Below are positions 1 through 10,200 of a stretch of 20,000 bases of DNA, one piece after another. The stretch lies in the IMG/VR virus record IMGVR_UViG_3300032216_000918. The stretch is one strand, 5' to 3'. A model generated the notes under the pieces. That model was not told the origin of the DNA and made no database searches. It saw nothing but the letters and a program-made list of their open reading frames with translations. The position numbers and the translations under genes are program-made. Source of the DNA: an uncultured virus (IMG/VR IMGVR_UViG_3300032216_000918). Taxonomy: Duplodnaviria; Heunggongvirae; Uroviricota; Caudoviricetes. Numbering within the stretch: position 1 is the first letter of the stretch; each line of letters opens with the position of its first letter.

Positions 1-1
1 A

Positions 2-1255
2 AGCCCTTTAGCAAAAGCCGGTGTTGTAGGTGCTGGTGGTTTGGGAGCTTACTATTTACTTAACCAAGACAAGAAAAATTATGGTGTCCCAGCCAGTGCA
101 ACGCAGCCATATACCGGTGGTAATTTAGATAAACTCCACTACGACCCATCAAAGTACACACCTACAATAGCCCAGCCACCTAACCCAGTTTACCAAGCTA
201 ACTATGCTGGATATGCAAGACCGCCAGGTTATGCGGGTGGTGGTTTGCTTGACCCTAATTCTGAACCCGTTGATTTTATGGGCGGCGATATGTACCCACA
301 GAGCCAACAACAGCGCTCTTATTATGCTACCCCAACGCAAATGCCTACAAGCGCGCAGCAATCGGCAGCTTCTTACGAGCCTAAAACAAACCCATTAACA
401 GGTGAGCCAAGTGTAGGTATGGCTGATGGGGGTTTAACTTCTATTGCTCCTCCAGGTCAATTTTCTACACCTGTGCCAGATTACTCCTCAATGTACTTTG
501 ACCCCCAAACAGGTCAGTATGTTTCTAACCAAAAACATCAATCTGATTTAATTGCCCTTGCAGCTACAAAAGCTGCTCAAGATAAAGCTGCTGCCGATGC
601 CGCCGCTGCCGCTGCCGCAAATGCAGGAGGAGGTGGGGGTGATGGTGGAGCTGGAGCTGGAGCTGGGGCTGGAACTGGGGCTGGGGCTGGGGGCACTGGT
701 GGTGATGGTGGCGGAGACGGTGGTGATGCTCGTGGTGGTTACTATTCTAGAAATCGTTTTGATTACCATCCAGCAAAAATGGCCGGTGGTGGTTCTGGTA
801 TAGATGCCTTAAAAGATTTAATGGGTAGTCGCGCAGCAATTCAAAAATACAAAAGCCAATATTCTCAAAGCCCTTCAGCAGTTTATTCTAAAGCGCAAGA
901 CGGCGACTATAACGCTATGCTAGCTCTTAACCATCTACGCGGCACCCCTAATGCAAACTATGCTAGCGGGGGTATTTCTAGTTTAGGAGGTTACTCAGAT
1001 GGTGGACGTATGCTTAAAGGTCCTGGCGATGGTATGTCTGACAGCATCCCTGCTACTATTAAGGGCAAGCAGCCAGCCCGTTTGGCTGACAACGAGTTTG
1101 TTGTGCCTGCGGATGTTGTCTCTCATCTTGGGAATGGCTCTTCTGACGCTGGTGCTAAAAAACTATATAACATGATGGACAAAGTAAGAAAAGCAAGGAC
1201 TGGTAAATCTAAACAAGCGCCTGCAATTAAAGCTGATAAATACTTGCCCGCATGA
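2..1255 (+). CDS. Gly/Ala/Gln-rich putative virion (internal/ejection) protein, 5'-truncated
   Basis: The frame is open from base 2 (SPLAKAGVVGAGGLGAYY...), so the TTG at 41 is probably not the true start. The C-terminal GPGDGMSDSIPA...LADNEFVVPADVV segment resembles a motif recurrent in phage virion and tape-measure proteins. It has an ATGA overlap with the next gene. Confidence 0.65.
   Translation, partial: SPLAKAGVVGAGGLGAYYLLNQDKKNYGVPASATQPYTGGNLDKLHYDPSKYTPTIAQPPNPVYQANYAGYARPPGYAGGGLLDPNSEPVDFMGGDMYPQSQQQRSYYATPTQMPTSAQQSAASYEPKTNPLTGEPSVGMADGGLTSIAPPGQFSTPVPDYSSMYFDPQTGQYVSNQKHQSDLIALAATKAAQDKAAADAAAAAAANAGGGGGDGGAGAGAGAGTGAGAGGTGGDGGGDGGDARGGYYSRNRFDYHPAKMAGGGSGIDALKDLMGSRAAIQKYKSQYSQSPSAVYSKAQDGDYNAMLALNHLRGTPNANYASGGISSLGGYSDGGRMLKGPGDGMSDSIPATIKGKQPARLADNEFVVPADVVSHLGNGSSDAGAKKLYNMMDKVRKARTGKSKQAPAIKADKYLPA
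594..730 (+). repeat. Low-complexity coding repeat: poly-Ala (GCC/GCT), then a (GGRGCT)n Gly-Ala hexamer repeat and GGD repeats
   Basis: gccgccgctgccgctgccgca, then ggagctggagctggagctggggctggaactggggctggggctggg at about 647-691; encodes AAAAAAA-N-AGGGGGDGGAGAGAGAGTGAGAG. Confidence 0.8.
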
Positions 1256-1665
1256 CATTAACAGTTCGCCATATATCAGTTCAGTACATTGCTCAGGCTT
1301 GGCCTTTGGTTGAAAAATATTTGTCTGATGCAGTAGCGTGGGGTGGCGGTGATTATAGTCTAGAGCAAGTGCAAGTTTATTTAAGCCAAGGAAATTGGGT
1401 TTTGTTGGCAGCAGTAGACGAACAAGGAGCAGTACACGGAGCAGCAACAGTAACGTTTTTAAATTATCCAAATGATAGGGTTGCGTTTATTACATTTATA
1501 GGCGGTAAGTTAATTTCAAATAAAGACACATTTGGGCAACTTAAAGATTTACTAAAAGCTAATGGAGCCACTAAAATACAGGGTGCGGCTAGAGAATCAA
1601 TTGCCCGTTTGTGGAGTCGTTATGGGTTTGAAGAGCGGTATAGAATTGTAGAGACAAATATATGA
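1252..1665 (+). CDS. Putative GNAT-fold acyltransferase-like protein in the virion module
   Basis: 137 aa with a GNAT-like pattern (WPLVEKYL...G.WVLLAAVD...GAATV...AFITFIGG...IQGAARESIARLWSRYGF). Its size and position just before ejection genes are typical of podovirus-like phages. ATGA overlaps on both sides. Confidence 0.55.
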   Translation: MTLTVRHISVQYIAQAWPLVEKYLSDAVAWGGGDYSLEQVQVYLSQGNWVLLAAVDEQGAVHGAATVTFLNYPNDRVAFITFIGGKLISNKDTFGQLKDLLKANGATKIQGAARESIARLWSRYGFEERYRIVETNI

Positions 1666-2768
1666 AAACAAATTATTCCAGACGCGAACTTTACGCACTA
1701 GGCGAAACCCTAGGTAATTCTGCCACCTATAAAAAAGTTACAGGTGGTTTAGTTCTTGGTGGTGGTGGTGGCGGTTCTCCTCCCCCTCCTCCTGCTTCCG
1801 CACAGCCAACTACAACAAACGTACAAAACACAAACATCCCAGAATATGCTCGCCCCTATGTAGAGACAATGCTTGGAACTACTCAACAGCAGCTGTATAA
1901 CTACGATTCTAGTGGTAACGTAACTGGTTTAAAACCATACCAGCCATACAGCCAAAACCCAACTGACTATGTAGCGGGCTTTAGCCCAATGCAACAGGCA
2001 GCGCAGGAACAAACGGCTAATCTACAAGTTCCTGGACAGTTTGGTGCAGCTACACAAATGACTGGTGTGGGCGGTCTAGGTACTCTTGGTACTGCTAGGC
2101 AAGAAGCGCAAGCTGGTAATCGTTACAACCAGATGGCTACAAACCCAAATGCTATGGGCGCTTTTATGAACCCATACGTTCAAAACTCTTTGCAACCCCA
2201 GCTTAATTTAATTGCGCAACAAGGTGGGATTCAGGGTTCGCAACAACAGGGTGCTGCTACTCAGGCGGGTGCTTTTGGTGGATCTCGGAATGCTTTACAA
2301 CAAAGTTTAAATCAACAAAACACTTTACTGGCGCAGCAACAAGCTATTGGTCAAGGATACAACCAAGCGTATAACCAAGCTCAACAATCTATGCAGTATG
2401 GGGCTGGGTTAGGCTTACAAGGTCAACAAGCCGCTCAAGCAGGTTATGGTCAATTAGGTCAGCTCGGTGGCCAGCTTGCTGGTATTGGCGGTCAACAGTT
2501 AGGTGCTCAGCAAAGTATTATTGCAGCTCAAAGCCAGGCTGGTACACAACAGCAGCAGCAGCAACAGAATATTATTAATCAAGCTGTACAAAATTATGCT
2601 ACTGCACAGCAGTACCCACAACAACAGCTATCGTTTATGAATGCTATGTTGCGCGGTTTGCCTACCCAACAAACTACTACAAATTCATACCAAGCTACCC
2701 CAAGTACGTTAAATCAGATTACAGGTTTGGGTGTTGCTGGTTTGGGCGCGTATCAAGCTTTTAAATAA
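1662..2768 (+). CDS. Putative DNA ejection/internal virion protein (Gln/Gly-rich)
   Basis: 368 aa with an N-terminal leader followed by GGGGGGSPPPPP. Motifs IPEYARPY, VAGFSPMQQ, FMNPY and AGAFGGSR, a Q-rich helical body and a hydrophobic C-terminal GLGVAGLGAY are typical of phage pilot/ejection proteins. Confidence 0.6.
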   Translation: MKTNYSRRELYALGETLGNSATYKKVTGGLVLGGGGGGSPPPPPASAQPTTTNVQNTNIPEYARPYVETMLGTTQQQLYNYDSSGNVTGLKPYQPYSQNPTDYVAGFSPMQQAAQEQTANLQVPGQFGAATQMTGVGGLGTLGTARQEAQAGNRYNQMATNPNAMGAFMNPYVQNSLQPQLNLIAQQGGIQGSQQQGAATQAGAFGGSRNALQQSLNQQNTLLAQQQAIGQGYNQAYNQAQQSMQYGAGLGLQGQQAAQAGYGQLGQLGGQLAGIGGQQLGAQQSIIAAQSQAGTQQQQQQQNIINQAVQNYATAQQYPQQQLSFMNAMLRGLPTQQTTTNSYQATPSTLNQITGLGVAGLGAYQAFK

Positions 2769-2781
2769 TAAGGAATAGACT

Positions 2782-4239
2782 ATGCTCGGCATGGAACAAA
2801 TGTACAAGATGGCGCTTGATCCGCGCATCTATCCAGACTCACGTTTACTTTCTATTATGCAAGGCAGAGACCAGTCTTTACCTATGGCTATTGCCATGGC
2901 TGCCAAACAACAACGCGACAAGCTACATACTGCTGGGCAAGGACAAGAAGCACAACAAGGCGCTAAACAACCTACAATTAAAGACCAGATGCTGGCTCGC
3001 GATTTACCCCCTGAACATTCTGGTTTAGGTATGTTACCTGCTGAAAATATGCAGGGCATGGATGAAGTTCATATGGCTGGCGGCGGAATTATTGCGTTTG
3101 CTAATACAGGTAGTGTGCCGGCTCCTGAGGGTGATATTAAACTTGAAAGCGATGAAGATAAACAGTCTAAAAAAGATAGAAGCGATTTAAAGTACGGTTG
3201 GGAACACACTAAAGCAGCGGCTCGTGATATTTTGACTTTACCTGGTCGTGGTATTGCTGGCGCTTTTGAAACTGCTGTAACTCGCCCAGTTCGTGCAATG
3301 GGCATTGATATGCCTTATTTGCCAGCTAGTTTTTATGGTGGAGATGCTAGCTCATTAACCCCGCATATGGATCAGCTACGTAGAGCAGAGGCGGCTGCCG
3401 CCCCTCAAACTGGAGCAACAACACCAACAATTAACAATACCCCAACTGCTGCTGAATTAGCAACGTTGCAAAAAGGCGGCCCACAAGCCGGAGGCCTTAC
3501 TAAAGAACAGCAAGATGTAATCAACGCTAAGAACGCTAATAACCCAATAAAAACAGGTGGTGTAGGTACACCCCCTGCAGCAGCGCCTGTTGCAAACCAA
3601 GACCAAGGTATAGCTGGGTTAGCAAAACGCCCAGATAGATACGCTGGTTTAGGTGAAACACAAGAAGCGTTTGATAAAAAAATAACTGGTGAAAAAAATG
3701 CTGCTCAAGGCGAATTTTTAATGAACATTGGTCTTAAAATGATGACCACAGTTGGCCCAATCGGTAAAGCTGTTGGTGAAGGCGGTTTGGCTGGATTGCC
3801 CGGTTTAACCGCTAGCCGTAAGACTATTAATGAGCTTGAGAAAAACCGTAAAGATTACCAGCTTAATATGGCTAAATACCAAACTGCTGCCGATGAGGGT
3901 GACCAAGAGTTAGCGTTTAAATACAAGCATTTGGCAGAACAATCAGTCTACCATGCAGGTCTTGTAACTGCTGACATGATGAAAGCCCGCGCTTATTCTG
4001 CTGGGGTTGGAAGTAAAGAAGATATGGCCGACCAACGGCGTGAAACTTCTATTATGGGTATTGCTAAAGGCTTGCTTGAGAAAAACATGAAGTACAACAT
4101 GCCAAACACTAAACCTGAAGAACGCCAGGCTATGGAACAAGCAGCTATTAATTCTGCGGTTAACATGTATAATAACGCTAAAACCGCTACTAAAGGTAGC
4201 GCTGGGTTTAAACTGCTAGGTGTAGAACAACAAGGCTAA
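2782..4239 (+). CDS. Putative ejection/internal virion protein
   Basis: 485 aa with a Shine-Dalgarno AAGGA upstream. Contains MAGGGIIAFA and a Gly-rich amphipathic segment (FLMNIGLKMM...GKAVGEGGLAGL), and lies between the pilot-like gene and the giant gene. Confidence 0.55.
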   Translation: MLGMEQMYKMALDPRIYPDSRLLSIMQGRDQSLPMAIAMAAKQQRDKLHTAGQGQEAQQGAKQPTIKDQMLARDLPPEHSGLGMLPAENMQGMDEVHMAGGGIIAFANTGSVPAPEGDIKLESDEDKQSKKDRSDLKYGWEHTKAAARDILTLPGRGIAGAFETAVTRPVRAMGIDMPYLPASFYGGDASSLTPHMDQLRRAEAAAAPQTGATTPTINNTPTAAELATLQKGGPQAGGLTKEQQDVINAKNANNPIKTGGVGTPPAAAPVANQDQGIAGLAKRPDRYAGLGETQEAFDKKITGEKNAAQGEFLMNIGLKMMTTVGPIGKAVGEGGLAGLPGLTASRKTINELEKNRKDYQLNMAKYQTAADEGDQELAFKYKHLAEQSVYHAGLVTADMMKARAYSAGVGSKEDMADQRRETSIMGIAKGLLEKNMKYNMPNTKPEERQAMEQAAINSAVNMYNNAKTATKGSAGFKLLGVEQQG

Positions 4240-4242
4240 AAT

Positions 4243-7200
4243 ATGGCGATTTACCGCGTTCAGGGTCCGGATGGAAACATTTACAAAATCGAAGGACCGG
4301 ACGGGGCTAAACCCCATGATATTGAAGCTTTTGCCGCGCAGCAGTATGCAAACCGTACTCAAGCGGCAGCAACTCCTACCGAACCAGAAGTTAAACCAGA
4401 TACAGGCGCATTTACGGGGTCAGCTAAAGCTGGATTAGCTGGGTTAAAAGCTGGGGCACATCGTGTTGCGGGTAAATTAGGCTTAGAAGATATTGGTAAA
4501 GCCGAAGAAGAAGCCAAAAAGCAAGAAAAATACGCAGAACAAATTTATAAGCCAACCGAAGAAGGTTGGCTTGAAGCCCCGTGGACTAAATTAAAAGAAA
4601 CAGCTGGCGGCTCTTTGCCGTACACGGTTGCCCCTGTGATAGCTGGTGCTGCTGTTGGTGCCGCTCCTGTTGCAGGAGCTCTTGGCTTAGGCGCTACTAC
4701 TGCCGCCATGTTAGGTGCGGGCGCGGCTTCTGCTGCCCAGTTTACTGGTTCTAACCTTTCACGCCAAGTCCAAGAAGGTAAATCATTACAAGACGCTAGC
4801 CTTATGCAGGCAGCTGCGGCGGCTATTCCTCAAGCTGCTTTAGACGTAGTTGGTTTGAGATACATTCCCGGCATTCAAAAGATATTTAAATCTGTAGGGC
4901 AAGACATAACTGAGCAAGCAGCTAAAAAAATGCTTGAGCAAGGCACACTGCGTACAGCTGGTCAGTATATTGCTGGCGGTGCAAAGATTGCTGGTATTGA
5001 AGGCGCTACAGAAGCTGGACAACAATTCTTTGAGCGTTTACAAGCCGGCCTGAACATAGCAGACCCCGAAGCCCGTAAAGAGTATCTTGACAATTTTATT
5101 GGCGGCGCTGCACTAGGAGCTGTTGCTTCTCCGTTTGGTGTTCGTGGTACTCGTGGACAAGCAAAAGAAGTAGTAGCTAAAGCACAGGCCGGACGTGATG
5201 CACAAGCACTCCAAGAAGAAGAAAACCGCAAAGCTCAAGAAGCCGAAACATTGGCTGCCCAAAAAGAAATGCAGGGCATGGCTCCTAGCGGCTTAACGGA
5301 AGTTGAAACAGAACAAAATAGAATTCGTTTAGAGCGTTCTGCCGCACAAATCACAGATCAAAGACGTGTATTAGAAAATAAATTAGACGAATTGCGCACA
5401 CAAGCAAGCGAAGAAACTGATTTAGGTAAGTTACAAGCGATTAGCGAAGAAGCACAAAAGTACCATACTGCGTTAGACGATATTGACCCAGATAAAATTA
5501 AAACTCAAATTGCTTCTTTAGCAAAAGATAACACAGCCATTCAAAAGCAGCTTAAGAAAATTAAGGATGATCCAGAAGCGGCCGCTGAACTTCAAACTAG
5601 CTTGGAACAAAACCAAACTAAAGCGCAAGAACTAACTGATCGTTTAGCTGCAATTGCCCATTCAAACCAAAAAGAAGTTACTGCTGAAAAAATTAATTCA
5701 GACCTAGCCAAGAAACAAAAAGCGCTAGATAAAGCTAAGAGTGAAGGTGACTTGCTTTCTGTTGGCAAAATTGTTCAGTCAATGAAAGAATTGCAAGCGC
5801 AGCATCCAGGCGAACAACCATCTTTATTTGAAGGCGAAGGTGAAGATACAACCTACCCTGATTACCAAAAGCGGTTGGCTGAAGAAGACCGTCAGCGTAA
5901 AGCTAAGTCACAAGAAGTGTTAGACCAAGAAGCCATTGAAAACTATCAACAGCAAGAGATTGCGCAGTCTATTGGCGAAAAACCTAAGCTAAGCAAGTAT
6001 AAAGAAGAAATGACTCAAGATGAGTACATGGATTTGTTGTCTCAAAAGCTAGTCGATCTTCATACACGCCCAGATACACATGTTCCTGCTCCGTTAACTC
6101 CAGCACAAAAGGCAGCTGAAACTAAACGTGTAAATGCTATTAATGCGGCTAAAGCAGACTTTGATGCAAAAAGTAAAGAGTACCAAGATTTAGTAGCTAA
6201 AGCCGATGAATTGGGCCGTGGTGAAAAAGGGCGTGGTACAGAAATTTATACTGCTCGCGGTGATGTTGCAGCGTTAGGTAAGCAAGTGGAAGCCGCTAGA
6301 AAAGCGGCCAATGAAGCTAAAGCAAAAATGATTGCGGCTATTCCAGATGGCACAAAAACAACAATTGAATCTGGTCGTGCTAGCGAAGCAGCGCAAGACG
6401 TACACCTTTTAGACCTTACAGACACTATAGATAGTATGCGTAAGGGTGAATGGTTTGGTGGCCCAAACCCAGAAATGGCTACTGGTTCATTAGCAACCAA
6501 AACTATGAAAGCCCGTAAGTCTTTGGATAAGTACATCCAAGCTACCGTAAGTAATATTAACTATGCTCGTTTAGCAAAAGGCATGGACCGCCTTAATGAA
6601 AAAGAAAAAGCGGACATAGTTCATACTTTAGATAAGCTCATGACTGGAAAAATTCAGCGGGCTACTGGCAAAAAAGCCATGAATTTGATAATAGCTGACA
6701 GGCTAAAATCTCCTATCCAAGAAAATCTAAATAAAATTAATGACCAAATTGCTACGCTCAGAAAAAACGGGCAGACAATTCGCACGTCCCCAGCAATGGC
6801 GGAACTTACAAAACGTTCTCAAGCATACAAAGATGAAATAGCGAATATAGACGCTGCCGTTACTGAAAATAAAATTGATAAGCTAGTAAATAAAGGTAAC
6901 TTAGATACTGAAGTTATGCGGGCGGCTTTGGAAAAAGCAGGATTCCGTTTTACAGAACAAGAAGTTCTTACTGGTTTCCATCGCAATGAATACAAAGCTG
7001 TTCAGCAAGAAGCTACCAAACTTAAAAATAAATACACCAATCAAGGTGTTAAAGAAGTTGGCAAGTTACAAAAAATCCCCCCAGAGGGCGCTAGTCGATA
7101 TGCAGTTCAAAATGTTCTTGCTAAAAAGCAAGCTGTTAAAAATGCTAAAGAAGTTAAGGCAGCTCCACAAAAAACAACGCAAGAACGCACAAAAGAAACA

Positions 7201-10200
7201 GAACAAGAAGCCGCTCAACAAACTGGTTTAGGTTTAGCCGGTAAAAAACAAACATTTGAAACAGCAGAAAAATTACAAGCCGCTTTGCCGCATCAAGGGC
7301 CTAAAGTACAAGCCGCGTTTAATTTTGCTAAACAGTATTACAAAGAAATGCTTGCGCGTCGCAGCATGATTATGAATGCAAAACAACGCGAGGCTTTAAA
7401 AGCAGCGCGTAAAAAATACATTGAATCCCGTGCAGCATTAAACCAACAATTTAAAAATAGCCGTGTTGATCCGCGCATTGCAAAAATAATGAATTGGATG
7501 GTAACCGCCGATGAAAAGACTGCTCGTTATAGAAAAGCTGAAAATTTAATCATTGGCATGGAAGAGAAAATGCAGCAACAGGTGTTTGCTAAAACCCCTA
7601 AGAAGCAGGTGGAGACTATTGCGCCTGCTAAAAAAGAAGAACAAGAAAAACTAACAGAAAAAGAACAACAGCTTAAAGAAGAGCTTGGCTATACTTTAGA
7701 TAAAGAAAAAGTTGAAGAAGAAGTTGGCCGTATTTCAGAAATTGGCTTAGCTAAAATGCGTAAAACTATGCAAGACCGCGTAGATTTTATTACTAAACGC
7801 CTAGAATCACAAAAAGCTCCAGTTAAAGACCGTGAAAGTTTAGTCAAAGAAAAAGACAAACTTATGGCGCAAATTAAAGCAACTGATCAGATTCTTAATG
7901 CCCGCCGCATTGGTATGATTATTGGTCAAGCGCAAGAAGAAAAAGGTGCTAGACGATATAAAGCCACTAAGACCGAAAAGAAAATGGTTAAAGAAGGTAA
8001 GCTTGGTGAAAAAGGTATTACCCCCGAAGCTTATGATCTTGTTCTTAAAGCATTTCATGAAAACCAAAAAGGGGCTTCAGAAGCTGATTTTAACCAAAAA
8101 ATTAGAACGCTAACTTCAATTGAGCTGCGCTTAGAGCGTGCCGGTAAAGGCTACGCTAATGTACCTCCATTAACTGCTAAACGTAAAAAACAACTTGAAA
8201 AACAGCAAGCGTTGTTACGAGATGAATTAAAACCGTTTAATGATAAACAAACTGCAGAAGAAGAAGCTGAAGAACTTGGTATTAAAGATGTAGAAGCATA
8301 TAAGCGTATGCTTAACGCTATGAATATTAAATTTTCTCGCGGTACACCTCAAGAAAGCCAGACAGTTAATGAAGTAGTTTCTACTTTAGAAAAAGCGTTT
8401 GGCGAAGAAGGCGTTTTAGGCAATCAAGATCTTGAAAATATGTTTGAGGTTAGCCAATTGCCTAAGGTTAGCGTGCTGCAGTCTATGGATACCGCTCCCA
8501 AATGGATTCGTGATTTGTATGCTGCGCATGTTCCAGCAGACGCTAAAGGATTTACTGATGGCGACAAAGCGTTTTTAATTGCTGACAATTTGGGAAAGAA
8601 CGAGGCCCTTGGCGTTTTACTACATGAAGTTGGTACGCATATTGGCTTTAAAAACTTCTTTAACAAAAACCAATACAACACACTTGTAAACGTAGTTAAA
8701 AAATGGGGGACGCTGGCAGACAACTCTATAGAAGCCAAAGTAGGTCGCTTGGCAAAAGAAAGAGTTGAAGCTGCTGGAACAGCAGAAAAAGATGTAAACG
8801 ACGAGCTCTTAGCTTATGCAATAGAAGAAGCCGTTAAATTAGGCATAGATCCATATGCTATGAAAGGCGGTCGGCCTATTACAAATTGGCTACGCTCTTT
8901 ATTTGATGCGTTTAAAAAATACCTTAAGCAAATAGGTTTATCGCCAGAAACATTAACGGCCGGTGATCTAGTTAACATGGCATATGGTGCGGCGCATTTA
9001 GAATTACATGGTACTTGGCATGGTTCTCCTGTTAAATTTAAAAAATTTGATTTAACTAAAGCTGGAACTGGAGAAAAAGAAGTAACAGATCGTTTTACCC
9101 AAGAAAGAATTGGTAATGGCCCGTATGTTACTAATAGCGAAGAAATGGCTAAAACGTATTATGCAAAAACGCTAGCTATGTCCAAAGCCGCAAAAAAAAC
9201 TCTTGAGTATGATGGCGAAAAATGGGACCCAGAACCGCAGCCAGAAGATGCGCCAGCTAAAAAACGCGCTATTCAAGCTATGCTAACGACGTACATGGCT
9301 AGTGTTCGAGATGGCGGCGTAACTGATCCCGCACATAACAAAGCTGTAAAAAATTTCATTGAGCACTATATAACTAACGCTAGCAGTCCACAAGAACGTG
9401 AACTTTTTAAATCACTAGATCCAGCAAAAATTAAAGTTGAGTGGGGCAAAAATCCTGCTGGTCACTTATACCGCACACTAGATGATGTACCTAAAGATAA
9501 AGTCTACCAAGTTTATGGTAACCAAATTAGACAAGGGCAAAACCCAAAACTAGATGCGCTTGTTGAAAAGTTTGGTTCTCCACACGGCTCAAAAGGGCCT
9601 TGGGATTACGATGATGGGGATGGCCCATATCATCCTGGTAATTTTTTATGGTTTGACCTTGTTAAAAAATTTGGCGATGTTAAAGCTGGAGAGTTGCTGC
9701 ATGAAGCAAGTTTTGACGCAATTGAAAGAACAGATAAAAATGGCCACCATGAACGCGCATATCTTGGCGGCTACTTACCAGAAATATTTGGGGTAGATTT
9801 AAACACGGTTGGAACTAGTGGTGTTAGAGATAGATTTGATCGCGTTAAAGAAGGCGAATTGCTATTTAGCAGAGGCCCAAAGTACAACAGTACATTTTCT
9901 GATTTAGGCGATGACGTAAATAAGATTGTCCACGCTAACAAAAGTGTGCGCGATAAAGTTCATGCAGCGGCGGCTGGCTTTAAAACCCCTAAAGACATTA
10001 TTAAAGACGGCGGCGCGTTATCTCCTAAAAATATTTTAGCCCTGCGTACCAGACTTATTGATCGTTTTGCACCCATGGAAAAAGTTGCTGAAGCGCTATC
10101 AAAAATGCAAAGTTCTTTAGAAGGCACTCAGTTAATGTATTACCTGCGTATGTTTGATCAAGGTATTAACTGGGTAGCTCAGACTGCTTCGCATGGCCCA

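Noticed and set aside
41..43. TTG start for ORF1 (and likewise ATG 19934 for the last gene)
   Set aside because: Both frames stay open to the window edges, and the last gene has family-like residues upstream of 19934, so both are treated as truncated.
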